This document shows, piece by piece, positions 28,301-37,765 of a stretch of 64,000 nt of DNA. The notes under the pieces are model-generated. The model had not been told where the DNA came from. It was given only the letters and a program-made list of their open reading frames with translations, and ran no database searches. Each line of letters begins with the position of its first letter. Positions within the stretch are counted from its first letter, which is position 1. Source of the DNA: Dehalococcoidia bacterium (lineage in GTDB: Bacteria > Chloroflexota > Dehalococcoidia > UBA2979); the NCBI GenBank assembly GCA_965204835.1, contig OZ242017.1, positions 365,384-429,383 on the forward strand, written 5' to 3'. Position numbers and translations under genes: made by a program.

Positions 28301-29347
28301 ATGCGCGCGACCATCTTCGAGGAACCCGGCAAGGTATCCGTCCAGGACCGCCCCACCCCCGACGCGGGTCCCGGCGAGGTGCGGCTGCGCGTCGCGGCCT
28401 CCTCGCTGTGCGCCTCCGACGTGCGCGTCTACCGCGGCGAGAAGTACGCACGCGCCGGCGTCATCCCGGGCCACGAGATCGCGGGCGTCGTCGACGCCGT
28501 CGGCGAAGGCGTCGAGGGTGTCGCCGAGGGCGACCGCGTCATCGTCTGCCCCATCGTCTCCTGCGGGCACTGCCGCTTCTGCCAGACGGGGAAGCGCAAC
28601 CGCTGCACCAGCCGCCAGACGCTCGGCTACGACATCGACGGCGGGTTCGCCGAGTCGCTGCTGGTGCCGGCAGCCATCGTCGGGCTCGGGCAGGTGTTCC
28701 AGGTGCCCGACGACCTGCCGCTCGACGTGGCCGCGCTCACCGAGCCTGCGGCGTGCGTGACGGCGTCGCTCGAGCTGTGCCGGACCGGCATCGGCGACTC
28801 GCTGTTCATCATCGGCGCGGGCCCGATGGGGCTGATGCACGTCATCATGGCGCGCGCGGCCGGCGCGGCCCCGATCATCGTCAGCGAGCCGGTCGCCGAC
28901 CGACGCGAGACCGCGCGGCGCTGGGGCGCCGACCTCGTGCTCGACCCGGAGCGTGACGACGTCACCGCCGCCGTGAAGGACGCCACGTACGGCGCCGGCG
29001 CCGACGGCGTCGTGGTCTCGGTCGGCATCCCGCAGCTCGTCGAGCCGGCCCTGGCGGCCGTGCGGCCGCAGGGCATCGTGAACCTGTTTGCGGGGTTCCC
29101 GCCGGGCAACCCCGTCCCGTTCGACCCGAACCTCGTGCACTACGGCGAGGTAGTCCTGACCGGCTCGCAGAACGCCACCAGCGACCAGTACCGGCGCACC
29201 GTGGCGATGCTCGGCCACGTCCCGCACATCGACGAGGTCGTGACGAACCGCTACCGCATCGAGGATGCCCCGCAGGCGTACGCCTCGCGGCTGGCGCTGG
29301 ACGGCCTGAAGTCCCTGGTCGAGTTCCCCGGGGTGGACCGGCATTGA
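28301..29347 (+). CDS. zinc-dependent alcohol/sugar dehydrogenase (MDR family)
   Basis: LCASD, PGHEIAG, CGHCRFC......C, EP, IIGAGPMG. Confidence 0.92.
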   Translation: MRATIFEEPGKVSVQDRPTPDAGPGEVRLRVAASSLCASDVRVYRGEKYARAGVIPGHEIAGVVDAVGEGVEGVAEGDRVIVCPIVSCGHCRFCQTGKRNRCTSRQTLGYDIDGGFAESLLVPAAIVGLGQVFQVPDDLPLDVAALTEPAACVTASLELCRTGIGDSLFIIGAGPMGLMHVIMARAAGAAPIIVSEPVADRRETARRWGADLVLDPERDDVTAAVKDATYGAGADGVVVSVGIPQLVEPALAAVRPQGIVNLFAGFPPGNPVPFDPNLVHYGEVVLTGSQNATSDQYRRTVAMLGHVPHIDEVVTNRYRIEDAPQAYASRLALDGLKSLVEFPGVDRH

Positions 29348-30126
29348 GCTTCCTCGGCGGCTGGGGCCCGCGCGGGATCGGCGACGCCGCGGACGAGCCG
29401 AGCGCCGTCGCGCTGACCGAGGACCCCGAAGACGGTCTCGGTTCCTGGCTGCGCACCCGCCGCGAGGAGCGCGGGTACGACCTCGACCGCGTCGAGCGCG
29501 ACACGCGCATCAGCCGCGGGTACATCGAGGCGATCGAGCGCGAGCAGTACGACACGCTGCCGGCGCCGGTGTACGCGCGCGGCTTCGTGCGCAGCTATGC
29601 GCGCTACCTGGGCCTCGATGAAGACGAGGCGCTCGGCAAGATGCCGGGCGAGCTTCCACGCCCGCCGGGCCTCGAGCCGCTGCCGGGGCTGCGACGCCGC
29701 GAGGGACCGCCGGCGATCCCGGCTCTGCCGTGGCGCTGGGTCGCGGTCCTCATCGTCGTCGTCGCGGCCGGGGCCACCGCGTTCTTCTTCGGGGTGCCGG
29801 CCATCACCGACATGCTCGGCGACGAAGGGGACGGTACGGAGCAGGTCGGGGACGTGCCGCCCGCGGCCACCGTCGGCCCGTTCGAGGAGGGCACGATGCC
29901 CGACCTCCGCAACGTGGAGCTCGCCGAGGCGAGGCGCGTGCTGGCCGAGATCGGCGTAGCCGCCACGCGCGTGATCGAGTTCGAGATCGTGACGGATGAC
30001 ACCCCGCCGGGCCGCGTCTTCGGCCACTCGCCGTCGCCGGGCCAGCCCCTTGGTGAGGATGAGGTCGTCAACCTCTTCATCTCGGCGGCGCCACCGCCCG
30101 AGGAGTCCGCGGAGGCAGACGAGTAG
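29344..30126 (+). CDS. RodZ-like HTH membrane protein with C-terminal PASTA domain
   Basis: LGSWLR..RE, YARGFVRSYARYLGL, one TM helix, MPDLRN...VFGHSPSPG. Confidence 0.8.
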   Translation: MSFLGGWGPRGIGDAADEPSAVALTEDPEDGLGSWLRTRREERGYDLDRVERDTRISRGYIEAIEREQYDTLPAPVYARGFVRSYARYLGLDEDEALGKMPGELPRPPGLEPLPGLRRREGPPAIPALPWRWVAVLIVVVAAGATAFFFGVPAITDMLGDEGDGTEQVGDVPPAATVGPFEEGTMPDLRNVELAEARRVLAEIGVAATRVIEFEIVTDDTPPGRVFGHSPSPGQPLGEDEVVNLFISAAPPPEESAEADE

Positions 30127-30156
30127 CGGGGCGCTCCGCTCGCCCCGCATCGGCGG

Positions 30157-31497
30157 TTGACGCCGACTGCTCCCCGGCCCCAGCCTGCTCACGTGCGGTA
30201 CCACCTCGTCACCCTCGGCTGCGCCAAGAACACCGTCGACTCGATGCGGCTGGAGCGCGCGCTGCGCAACGCGCGCCACGCGCCGGTAGACGAGCCCGGC
30301 GACGCCGACCTCGTGCTCGTGAACACCTGCGGCTTCATCGACGCCGCCAAGGCCGAGTCGATCGAGGTCGTCTCGGAGCTTGACCGCAACCGGCCCGCCG
30401 ACCAGCGGCTCTATGTCGTGGGGTGCATGACGCAGATCGCCGAGGAGGAGGTGCGCGCCGCCGTGCCGGGCGTCGACGCGACGTTCGGCGTCGAGGCGTG
30501 GGACGCGGTGGCCGCCTCGCTCGGCCCCGCCGACCCCCGGTACGACATCCCGCAGCAGAGCGTGCTGCCGATGGGTCCGAGCGCGTACCTCAAGATCTCG
30601 GACGGCTGCGACCGGCCGTGCACGTTCTGCATCATCCCCACCATCAAGGGAGGGATGCGCTCGGAGCCCACCGAGCGCCTGCTCGGCGAAGCGCGCATGT
30701 ACGCCGCCGCGGGCGTGCGCGAGCTGGTGCTCGTGGCGCAGGACTCGACGGCGTATGGCGAGGATCGCCGCGACCGTGACGGCCTCGCGGCGCTGCTGGG
30801 GCAGCTCGCCGCCGAGGTCCCCGAGGTGCCGTGGATCCGGCTGATGTACGCCTACCCCGGCCGAGTGACGCGGCGGCTGGCCGAGACGATGGCGGCGCTG
30901 CCGAACGTGGTGCCCTACCTCGATATCCCGTTGCAGCACGGCTCCGACGCGATGCTGCGGCGGATGAAGCGCCCCTCGCTCCGCACCGCCCGGCGCAGCC
31001 TCGACGCGATCCGCTCGGCCATGCCCGACGTGACAGTGCGCACGACGTTCATCGTGGGCTTCCCCGGCGAGACCGACGCGGAGTTCGAGGAGTTGTTCGA
31101 CTTCGTCGAGGAGCAGCGCTTCGACCACGTCGGCGCGTTCACATACTCGCCGCAGGCCGGCACGCCCGCCGCGGGATACGCCGAGCCCGTGCCGCACGAG
31201 GTGGTCGCGGAGCGCTACGGCGCGCTCATGGAGCTCGCGCAGGAGGTCTCGCACGAGCGCAACCGCGAGCTTGTGGGCAGCGAGCTCGACGTGCTCATCG
31301 AGTCCGAGGCGCCCACGCCGAGCGCGAGCGGCGACCTCGTGTCGGTCGGGCGGAGCGTCCGCGACGCCCCCGAGGTGGACGGCCTCTCGTTCGTGCGCGG
31401 TGAGTTCGCGACCGGCTCGCTGGTCCGTGCGCGCGTCGACGGCGCGATGCCGTACGACCTGCTGTGCTCGCCCGTGGGTGCGCCGATCCGCGCCTGA
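30157..31497 (+). CDS. rimO: ribosomal protein S12 methylthiotransferase RimO
   Basis: LGCAKNTVDS, NTCGFI, CDRPCTFC, RLMYAYP, DAPEVDG. Confidence 0.95.
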   Translation: MTPTAPRPQPAHVRYHLVTLGCAKNTVDSMRLERALRNARHAPVDEPGDADLVLVNTCGFIDAAKAESIEVVSELDRNRPADQRLYVVGCMTQIAEEEVRAAVPGVDATFGVEAWDAVAASLGPADPRYDIPQQSVLPMGPSAYLKISDGCDRPCTFCIIPTIKGGMRSEPTERLLGEARMYAAAGVRELVLVAQDSTAYGEDRRDRDGLAALLGQLAAEVPEVPWIRLMYAYPGRVTRRLAETMAALPNVVPYLDIPLQHGSDAMLRRMKRPSLRTARRSLDAIRSAMPDVTVRTTFIVGFPGETDAEFEELFDFVEEQRFDHVGAFTYSPQAGTPAAGYAEPVPHEVVAERYGALMELAQEVSHERNRELVGSELDVLIESEAPTPSASGDLVSVGRSVRDAPEVDGLSFVRGEFATGSLVRARVDGAMPYDLLCSPVGAPIRA

Positions 31498-31569
31498 CCT
31501 CAGTGCTCGCTAGAGACCCGTAGATGTCGCGGAGGGACGCTAGAGGCGCGGGACTGCAGACGTGCGTGG

Positions 31570-31872
31570 CTAGTCGTCACCGAAGTCGAGCGGCCTCGCA
31601 CTCTCGATGGTAATGATCTCGATCCGCCAGCGTTCCCAATTCGGCGAGTCGTGTGATGCCAACTGGTACACGATGCTGAAGTCATCGTCTCCGTAGACAG
31701 TGCAAATAGCCGGCAAGAGCTTGGTGTAATAGAACTTCGTCACGCCGTCGACGGACGGATCGTCTTCGAGAAGATCGAAGATATGGTCGAGTTTGGCCTG
31801 CGCCTCAGGCCCCGCTGATTCGTAGAACCAGCGGGGCTTGGGGTAGAGATGGACGTGGTATGAGCGGGGCAG
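31570..31872 (-). CDS. putative RelE/ParE-like toxin (non-canonical start)
   Basis: Manual translation LPRSYHVHLYPKPRWFYESAGPEAQAKLDHIFDLLEDDPSVDGVTK...YGDDDFSIVYQ...IEIITI. No ATG/GTG/TTG at the 5' end; CTG 31872 lies just after the upstream stop. Confidence 0.5.
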   Translation of the reverse strand: MPRSYHVHLYPKPRWFYESAGPEAQAKLDHIFDLLEDDPSVDGVTKFYYTKLLPAICTVYGDDDFSIVYQLASHDSPNWERWRIEIITIESARPLDFGDD

Positions 31873-31877
31873 ACTCG

Positions 31878-32051
31878 CTACTTCCGCTTCAGATCTTCTC
31901 GAGGCGTGAGATCGGCCTCTGTGTAGTTGGATTCGAAGTGCTTCGTTACCGATTCCGTGAGGCGTTCGTCATTGTGGATGGCGCGAACGCGGGCAGTTGC
32001 CTCTCGGTGGCGCGTCACCTGCGACTCGATCTCCTTCCGAACTGTGACCAT
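31878..32051 (-). CDS. putative antitoxin (57 aa)
   Basis: Strong GAGGAGG RBS; MVTVRKEIESQVTRHREATARVRAIHNDERLTESVTKHFESNYTEADLTPREDLKRK. Shorter than any ORF listed in the track. Confidence 0.6.
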   Translation of the reverse strand: MVTVRKEIESQVTRHREATARVRAIHNDERLTESVTKHFESNYTEADLTPREDLKRK

Positions 32052-32230
32052 GTTTGCCTCCTCAACGAGACTTACGCAGCTTGTTGCTGGTTCTTACTAC
32101 GAACCGTGACCTTCCTGGCGACCGGTGTCAAGGATGGTGACGCGTGTAGGCGCGTTCCCTGATTTGAGACGCCACCCGCAGACAGACTTCATCAAACGGA
32201 AGCCGCTCGATGCCGGAACTCATGAATACC

Positions 32231-32533
32231 TCATTCCAGGTCCAGCACGTACTCCTCGACGACGCGGTCGATGACCTCGGCGCGGCCGAGGAGTTCACGG
32301 TCGGCGAAGCGCTGCGCCTCGTCGGCGAGCCGCCGCGCCGTCGCGAGGTCGCCCGAGACGACGGCGAACCCCACCTCGGCGCGCTGCGCGAGGTCCTGCG
32401 CGCCCACCTCGGCGGCGGAGACGTCGAGGCGCGCCCGCAGCCGCTCGACGAGCGAGCGCACGACGGCGCGTTTCTCCTTCAGGCTCTGCGCGGCGGGCAG
32501 GTACAGCGTGAGGACCACGCTGACGGTCACCAT
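32231..32533 (-). CDS. DUF503 domain protein
   Basis: LPAAQSLKEKRAVV...VSAAEV..QD...A..GFAVVS. Confidence 0.9.
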   Translation of the reverse strand: MVTVSVVLTLYLPAAQSLKEKRAVVRSLVERLRARLDVSAAEVGAQDLAQRAEVGFAVVSGDLATARRLADEAQRFADRELLGRAEVIDRVVEEYVLDLE

Positions 32534-32539
32534 CGGAGG

Positions 32540-33235
32540 CTAGAGGTCGAGCGGCGGCTGGACCGCCGCGTCCGGGTCGGCGGCCGCGGGCACATCGCCG
32601 TTGTGACCGTCCGAGGGGGCCTCGGGCTCCGCGTCGCCGGACGCCGGCTCCTCGGGCAGCACGTGCTGCACGCCCTCGTCTAGGCCCAGCAACTCGGCAA
32701 GCTCATCGAGGCCGGGGAGGTGGTCGGCCTGCTCGAGCCCGAAGTGCTCGAGGAAGCGCTGCGTGGTGCCGTAGAGCCCGGGGCGGCCCGGCCCGTCGGC
32801 GCGGCCGACGCGCTCGACGAGCCCGCGCGCGCGCAGCGTGGCGAGCACGCCGTCGCTGCTGGTGCCCCGGATCGCCTCGATGGCCGCGCGGGTGACCGGC
32901 TGGCGGTAGGCGATCACCGCCAGCGTCTCGAGCGCTGCCGTCGAGAGCCGCCGCGAGGACTCCAGGCCGAGGAAGTGCTCGACGACTGCCGCCGCCTCCG
33001 GCGCCGTGATGAGCTGCACGCCCTCGGGGCCGCTCTGCAGCCGGATGCCGCGGCCGTCGAGGCCGTCGCGGATCGTGTTCAGCCCTCGCCGCACCTTGCC
33101 GGGCGTGACGCCGAGCGTGCGCGCCAGCGTCGCCTCGACCACCGGGCCGTCGGCGACGAAGAGCAGCGCTTCGAGGAGCCCGGGCAACTCCTCGGCGGTC
33201 GGTTCGTCGAAGGGGGGTCGTGGTTCGTCCGGCAT
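32540..33235 (-). CDS. scpB: SMC-Scp complex subunit ScpB
   Basis: LEALLF, LSTAALETLAVIAYRQPVTR..IEAIRG, GRPGLYGTT..FLEHFGL. Confidence 0.95.
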   Translation of the reverse strand: MPDEPRPPFDEPTAEELPGLLEALLFVADGPVVEATLARTLGVTPGKVRRGLNTIRDGLDGRGIRLQSGPEGVQLITAPEAAAVVEHFLGLESSRRLSTAALETLAVIAYRQPVTRAAIEAIRGTSSDGVLATLRARGLVERVGRADGPGRPGLYGTTQRFLEHFGLEQADHLPGLDELAELLGLDEGVQHVLPEEPASGDAEPEAPSDGHNGDVPAAADPDAAVQPPLDL

Positions 33236-33317
33236 CGGGCCCGTGGCGGGGGGAGTAGCCAGGTGGAGCGCGGCGACGGGAGCCGTCGTTGCGCCGTCGT
33301 CCCGTACGATGCGCCGG

Positions 33318-34196
33318 ATGATCGTAGATGTCCACACCCACGCCTTCCCGCCCGCGATGGTGGCCGCGCGCGACCGCCTCGCGGGCGCCGATGCCGGCTT
33401 CGAGGCGCTCTACGCCAACCCCCGTGCGCGCATGGCGACGGCGGACGAGGTGATCGAGGCGATGGACGGGGCGGGCGTCGACCGTGCGGTCGTCGCGGGC
33501 TTCGCGTGGGAGTCGCCCGACCTCTGCGCCGTGCATGCCGACTACCTGCTCGACGCCGCCGAGGGCTCAGGCGGCCGGCTGCTGCCGTTCGTGCCGGTGC
33601 CGACGGCGTTCCTCGGTGGCGTCGACATCGAGGCCGACGCGATGCGGGCGTGGCTCGAACCCATCGCGGCGCGCGGCGCGGCGGGCCTCGGCGAGATCCG
33701 GCTGGGCGGCGGGCCCCGCCCCGCCACCATCGAGGAGCAGGTGTTCGCAGCGAACCGGCTCGCCTCGCTCGTCGCGGGGTTCGACCTGCCGTTGCTCGCG
33801 CACGCCTCGGAGGAGGCGGGGCACGAGTACCCCGGTAAGGCGGGCGGGTTCACGTCCGGCGGGCTGTGGCGGCTGCTGGCGTCGCACCCCGTGCGCGTGA
33901 TCGCCGCGCACTGGGGTGGGGGGCTGCCGTTCCACGCCCTCATGCCCGAGGTGCGCGCCGTCCTCAACGAGGGTCGCCTGCTCTTCGACTCGGCCGCGTC
34001 GAAGTACCTCTACGACCCGCCCATCTTCGGCACCGTCTCGGGGCTGGTGGGCACAGAGCATGTGGCGTGGGGCTCGGACTACCCGCTGCGCGGCATGGCA
34101 ACCGACCGCGCGGACGCCGAGGCGGCAACGGGCGAGGGCGCGCTCCGCGACGCCGTGCTCGGCGGCAACGCCGCGCGCTTCCTCGGCATCGAGTAG
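33318..34196 (+). CDS. amidohydrolase family protein
   Basis: IVDVHTH, GLGE, GHEYPGK, AAHWGGG, WGSDYP. Confidence 0.9.
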   Translation: MIVDVHTHAFPPAMVAARDRLAGADAGFEALYANPRARMATADEVIEAMDGAGVDRAVVAGFAWESPDLCAVHADYLLDAAEGSGGRLLPFVPVPTAFLGGVDIEADAMRAWLEPIAARGAAGLGEIRLGGGPRPATIEEQVFAANRLASLVAGFDLPLLAHASEEAGHEYPGKAGGFTSGGLWRLLASHPVRVIAAHWGGGLPFHALMPEVRAVLNEGRLLFDSAASKYLYDPPIFGTVSGLVGTEHVAWGSDYPLRGMATDRADAEAATGEGALRDAVLGGNAARFLGIE

Positions 34197-34197
34197 C

Positions 34198-34752
34198 GTG
34201 CGCCTCTTCCTCGCCCTCGAACTGCCCGACGCCTGGCTGGCCGAGGCTGGGCGCGCCCTCGACGCGCTGACCGCTGCCCTCGACGACGACGCCGACGTGC
34301 TGCGACCGGTCGCGCTCGACCGCATGCACCTCACCGTGCGCTTCCTCGGCGAGGTCGACGAGGACGTCGTGCCGGCGCTCGACGCAGCGCTCCGCGAGCA
34401 CGTCCCGCCGGTCGGCGTCGACCTCGAGCTCGCCGCGGCCGGGACGTTCGGCTCGGCCGCGCGCACCTCGGTCGCATGGCTCGGCCTCGGCGGCGACCTC
34501 GACGCGCTCCGGGCGCTCGCCGGCCGCGTCGAGGTGGCCGTGGAGGCGGCGGGCCTGCCCTCGGAGCGCCGCGAGCTACGCCCCCACGTCACCCTCGCGC
34601 GCGTCCGCCAGCGCGCCTCGGCCGCCCAGCGCCGTGCCCTCGCCGCCCTCGACGCGCCGGGCCCGCACCCGCACCGCGCGTCCGAGGTGGTGCTGGTGCG
34701 CTCGCACCTCGGGTCGGGCCAGCCGCGGTACGAGGTGCTGGGGCGGTATTGA
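34198..34752 (+). CDS. thpR: RNA 2',3'-cyclic phosphodiesterase
   Basis: RLFLAL start and two HxT motifs (MHLTVRFLG, PHVTLAR). Confidence 0.9.
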   Translation: MRLFLALELPDAWLAEAGRALDALTAALDDDADVLRPVALDRMHLTVRFLGEVDEDVVPALDAALREHVPPVGVDLELAAAGTFGSAARTSVAWLGLGGDLDALRALAGRVEVAVEAAGLPSERRELRPHVTLARVRQRASAAQRRALAALDAPGPHPHRASEVVLVRSHLGSGQPRYEVLGRY

Positions 34753-34844
34753 GCCGGTGTGCCACATCCTTGCTCGGGATGCTCGGCACCAATGCCACAC
34801 TTGCCTCACCGAGGGTTCGTGCGACGCAAGGCTGGGGGCCGAGA

Positions 34845-35732
34845 ATGGCTGCGGGAACAAGGCATGAGAGGGCGGCGCGGACCGCATTGTCGTCCGCACT
34901 GGTCAGCGTGGCCACAGACGAGTTCCTACGCCTCAGTCAGCGAGGGGGCGAACAGAACGCAGCTCGCGCCGTCGAGTCCGCCCTCCGCGAGCTTGGGGGT
35001 CTGCGGCGCGATGTGATGCCGAACTACAACGACCCATGGGTCGTGCTGTTCTATGCCCTTCGGTATCACGCATCGCACGTGAATCTCGCGTTCTCCACTA
35101 TCCGCAGGGTGCTTCGTGTCAGATCTGGGCACGTGCAGGTCGTAGACTTCGGTGCGGGCACTCTCGCAACACAGTTCGGAGTCGCGCTCACACTTGCCGA
35201 ATCGGGGGCCGACGTGAGCGCAAACGTTCACTGCATCGATGAGAGTCCCGAGATGATGGATCTCGGAGCGAGAATCTGGGAGGCGTTCTCTGAGCGCATC
35301 AGGGATGAGGATCGGCGGATCTACGATGCCTGCGATCGCGTTGCTGCTGTCCGCGTCCGGGAGGACACCGTGGCGATACAAGCCAACGCGAGCAGGTTGC
35401 TCACGGTCTTTCACGCCGCATACGGAGAGAACTCAAGGGAAGTGGCGCAGTCCCTGGCTAAGCTCGGGAAACGGCTCGATCCGCACGCGTGTATTGTGAC
35501 CGCTCAAGAGAGCAAGGCCCCGCTAGCGGCGCGTATGGCGCCAGTAGGCGTTGCTCGCGCCGAGGATGTCCGGCCGATGCTCCGTGGTGACCTCCCGAAG
35601 GTGACAGAGGTGCGGAAGAGGATCTGGTCCTCGATCGGGAGACCATCGGGAATTACCGAGCGCTTCCTGACCATGAGAGTGGGCTGGGAGTGGCCAGGGT
35701 CGGCAATTCTCACCTTCGCCCGTTCGTCATGA
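34845..35732 (+). CDS. SAM-dependent methyltransferase-like hypothetical protein
   Basis: Lower-GC ORF. FYALRY...H, VVDFGAGT (motif I), IDESPEM (motif II). Confidence 0.6.
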   Translation: MAAGTRHERAARTALSSALVSVATDEFLRLSQRGGEQNAARAVESALRELGGLRRDVMPNYNDPWVVLFYALRYHASHVNLAFSTIRRVLRVRSGHVQVVDFGAGTLATQFGVALTLAESGADVSANVHCIDESPEMMDLGARIWEAFSERIRDEDRRIYDACDRVAAVRVREDTVAIQANASRLLTVFHAAYGENSREVAQSLAKLGKRLDPHACIVTAQESKAPLAARMAPVGVARAEDVRPMLRGDLPKVTEVRKRIWSSIGRPSGITERFLTMRVGWEWPGSAILTFARSS

Positions 35733-36658
35733 ACCCCGGCGAGCCGCCCGACCAACCCTCGCTGTTTGACTCCCCACCAGGACAGCCCACCGCATACGAC
35801 GCGGCGTTCCGCACGGGACGCGTCGAGGTCTCCTCGAAGTCCGCGCGCGAGATCCTGATGCGCGCGACCGGGTTCATGGGCGAGTACGACTTCACCCTCA
35901 ACCCGTACAGCGGCTGCGCCTTCGGATGCACGTACTGCTACGCGGCGTTCTTCAGCCGCACGGCCGAGCGACGCGACACGTGGGGCGGATGGGTCGAGGT
36001 CAAGGAGAACGCCGTCGAGCTGATCATGCGGCGCAAGATCGGGAAGCTCGACGGCAAGTGCATCTACATGAGCAGCGTCACCGACCCGTATCAGCCCGTC
36101 GAGCGCACGGTTGGGCTGACGCGCGGGGTGTTGCAGGTGCTCGCCGACCGCCACGCCCCGAAGCTGGTCGTGCAGACGCGCAGTCCAGACGTGGTGCGCG
36201 ACCGCGACCTGTTCCAGCAGATCGAGGATGGCGGCGGGCGTGTCCGCGTCAACATGACTGTGACCACCGACAACGAGGACGTGCGGCGCACGTTCGAGCC
36301 CTTCTGCCCCTCGAATGACCAGCGACTGGAGGCCGTGGCGGAACTGCGCCGGGCCGGCATCGATGTCGGCGTGACGATGACGCCGCTGCTGCTGGTCCGC
36401 GACGCCGAGGCGTTCGCGGAGCGCCTGGTCGAGACCGGGGCGGAGCACTTCATCGCGCAGCCGTTCCACTTCGCGCGCGGCAAGTTCGTCGCCTCGACGC
36501 GCGAGGGGGCGCTGGCGCTGATGGCGGAGAAGCTGGGCTGCGAGGTGGCCGTGTTCCAGTCGCGCTACCTCGATCACTACCGCGAGGTCTTCGAGGTGCT
36601 GGACGCGGCGCTGCCGGAGCTGGGCGAGGGCAAGGACGGATTCGCGCCGCCGTTCTGA
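35729..36658 (+). CDS. radical SAM protein, SPL/Rv2578c-like
   Basis: LNPYSGCAFGCTYCYA, SSVTDPYQPVE, QTRS...RD, FEP. ATGA overlap with the upstream gene. Confidence 0.9.
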   Translation: MNPGEPPDQPSLFDSPPGQPTAYDAAFRTGRVEVSSKSAREILMRATGFMGEYDFTLNPYSGCAFGCTYCYAAFFSRTAERRDTWGGWVEVKENAVELIMRRKIGKLDGKCIYMSSVTDPYQPVERTVGLTRGVLQVLADRHAPKLVVQTRSPDVVRDRDLFQQIEDGGGRVRVNMTVTTDNEDVRRTFEPFCPSNDQRLEAVAELRRAGIDVGVTMTPLLLVRDAEAFAERLVETGAEHFIAQPFHFARGKFVASTREGALALMAEKLGCEVAVFQSRYLDHYREVFEVLDAALPELGEGKDGFAPPF

Positions 36659-36687
36659 TAACGGTCGTGTATCCCTCGGCGTGGATG

Positions 36688-36717
36688 TTGACGAGGGCGG
36701 CGCGGGACGCCTAGTCT
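36688..36717 (+). promoter_or_regulatory. sigma70-type promoter
   Basis: TTGACG (36688-36693), 18 nt, TAGTCT (36712-36717). Confidence 0.6.
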
Positions 36718-36870
36718 CGACGTGATGGGTGCTCACGACGGGTTCGTCATCCCACCGGACGCAGCGCAGGCTCCTCTACGTCAACGCCGCGGCGTGTGCC
36801 GCGGCGTCGTCTTGCGCGCCGCCCGCACGCACCCTCCGACGCGCACTCCCCGCATCGGACAGGAGGCCTG

Positions 36871-37116
36871 ATGCACTCGGGCATGATTGGCAAGGTCGAG
36901 AAGGCGCGCCGCTACTCGCGCGAGCGCGACCGCCTGCGGTTCTCGCAACTCACCGTATCGATCGACGGTGACAACGGCGTACACGAGGTGCGCTTCGAGG
37001 ACGGACGCTGGGAGTGCAGATGCGACTTCTTCGCGCATCGCCGCACCTGCGCACACGTCATGACGCTCGAGCTCGTGCTCGAAGGGATGCTGCCGCAGGA
37101 GGCCGCCGTCGCCTGA
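36871..37116 (+). CDS. small SWIM zinc-finger-like protein
   Basis: AGGAGG RBS; MHSGMIGKVEKARRY...WECRCDFF....TCAH (CxC-x8-CxH). Confidence 0.8.
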   Translation: MHSGMIGKVEKARRYSRERDRLRFSQLTVSIDGDNGVHEVRFEDGRWECRCDFFAHRRTCAHVMTLELVLEGMLPQEAAVA

Positions 37117-37324
37117 CCCCGGCGACTCGCGCGACCTCGCCCGCAACGCCGAGGCGACATGCCGCCTCGGCGCGCCCGTGGCACGCCTCGACGCCGCCGA
37201 CCTCGGCGGCGGTGGACCGTCGGCTTCGCGCTTGCCCGCGTTGCGTTCTGGGCGGCCCGCCGGGACATCGCCATCCGAAGACCACATCGACCAGACCGAG
37301 GCTGTCCTGGACCGACCGTCGGGA

Positions 37325-37765
37325 TTACCGTTCGTCGCTCAGCACGACCCGTCCCGTGCTCCCCATGTACGTCATGGTGAAGTGCTGAAGTAGATCCCGG
37401 CCGAGCAGCGCCACATACGGGTGCCCACCCTCGGCGAGGCGCACACCACTGAAGACGCCATGCAGCGTGATGCCCAGTTCCGGCACCCTCATCTGGGCGG
37501 CGTAGCGCGCGGCGTCCGTCGGTCCCGAGACGCCCGATATGGTGAGCCGGTCTACTTCCGGGAGGCCGAGGCGTTGCGCCAGCCGTTCGTCGATACAACT
37601 TCCGGCCGCGCCAGTGTCGATGAGTGCCGCATGCTGGTCGCCGGGCAAGCGCGGGAGCCCGGCGCTGCCCGTCCAACCCGGATCGAAGCCGATCGCTATG
37701 TACGCTGTCGGTCCGAACTCGAGCAGGAGGTCTCCGGACTCGAACCCACACTCAAGCGCGGGCAC
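37325..37765 (-). CDS. clan AA (retropepsin-like) aspartic protease
   Basis: ALIDTGAAGSCID...LGL, ALLGRDLL. Confidence 0.85.
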   Translation of the reverse strand: MPALECGFESGDLLLEFGPTAYIAIGFDPGWTGSAGLPRLPGDQHAALIDTGAAGSCIDERLAQRLGLPEVDRLTISGVSGPTDAARYAAQMRVPELGITLHGVFSGVRLAEGGHPYVALLGRDLLQHFTMTYMGSTGRVVLSDER

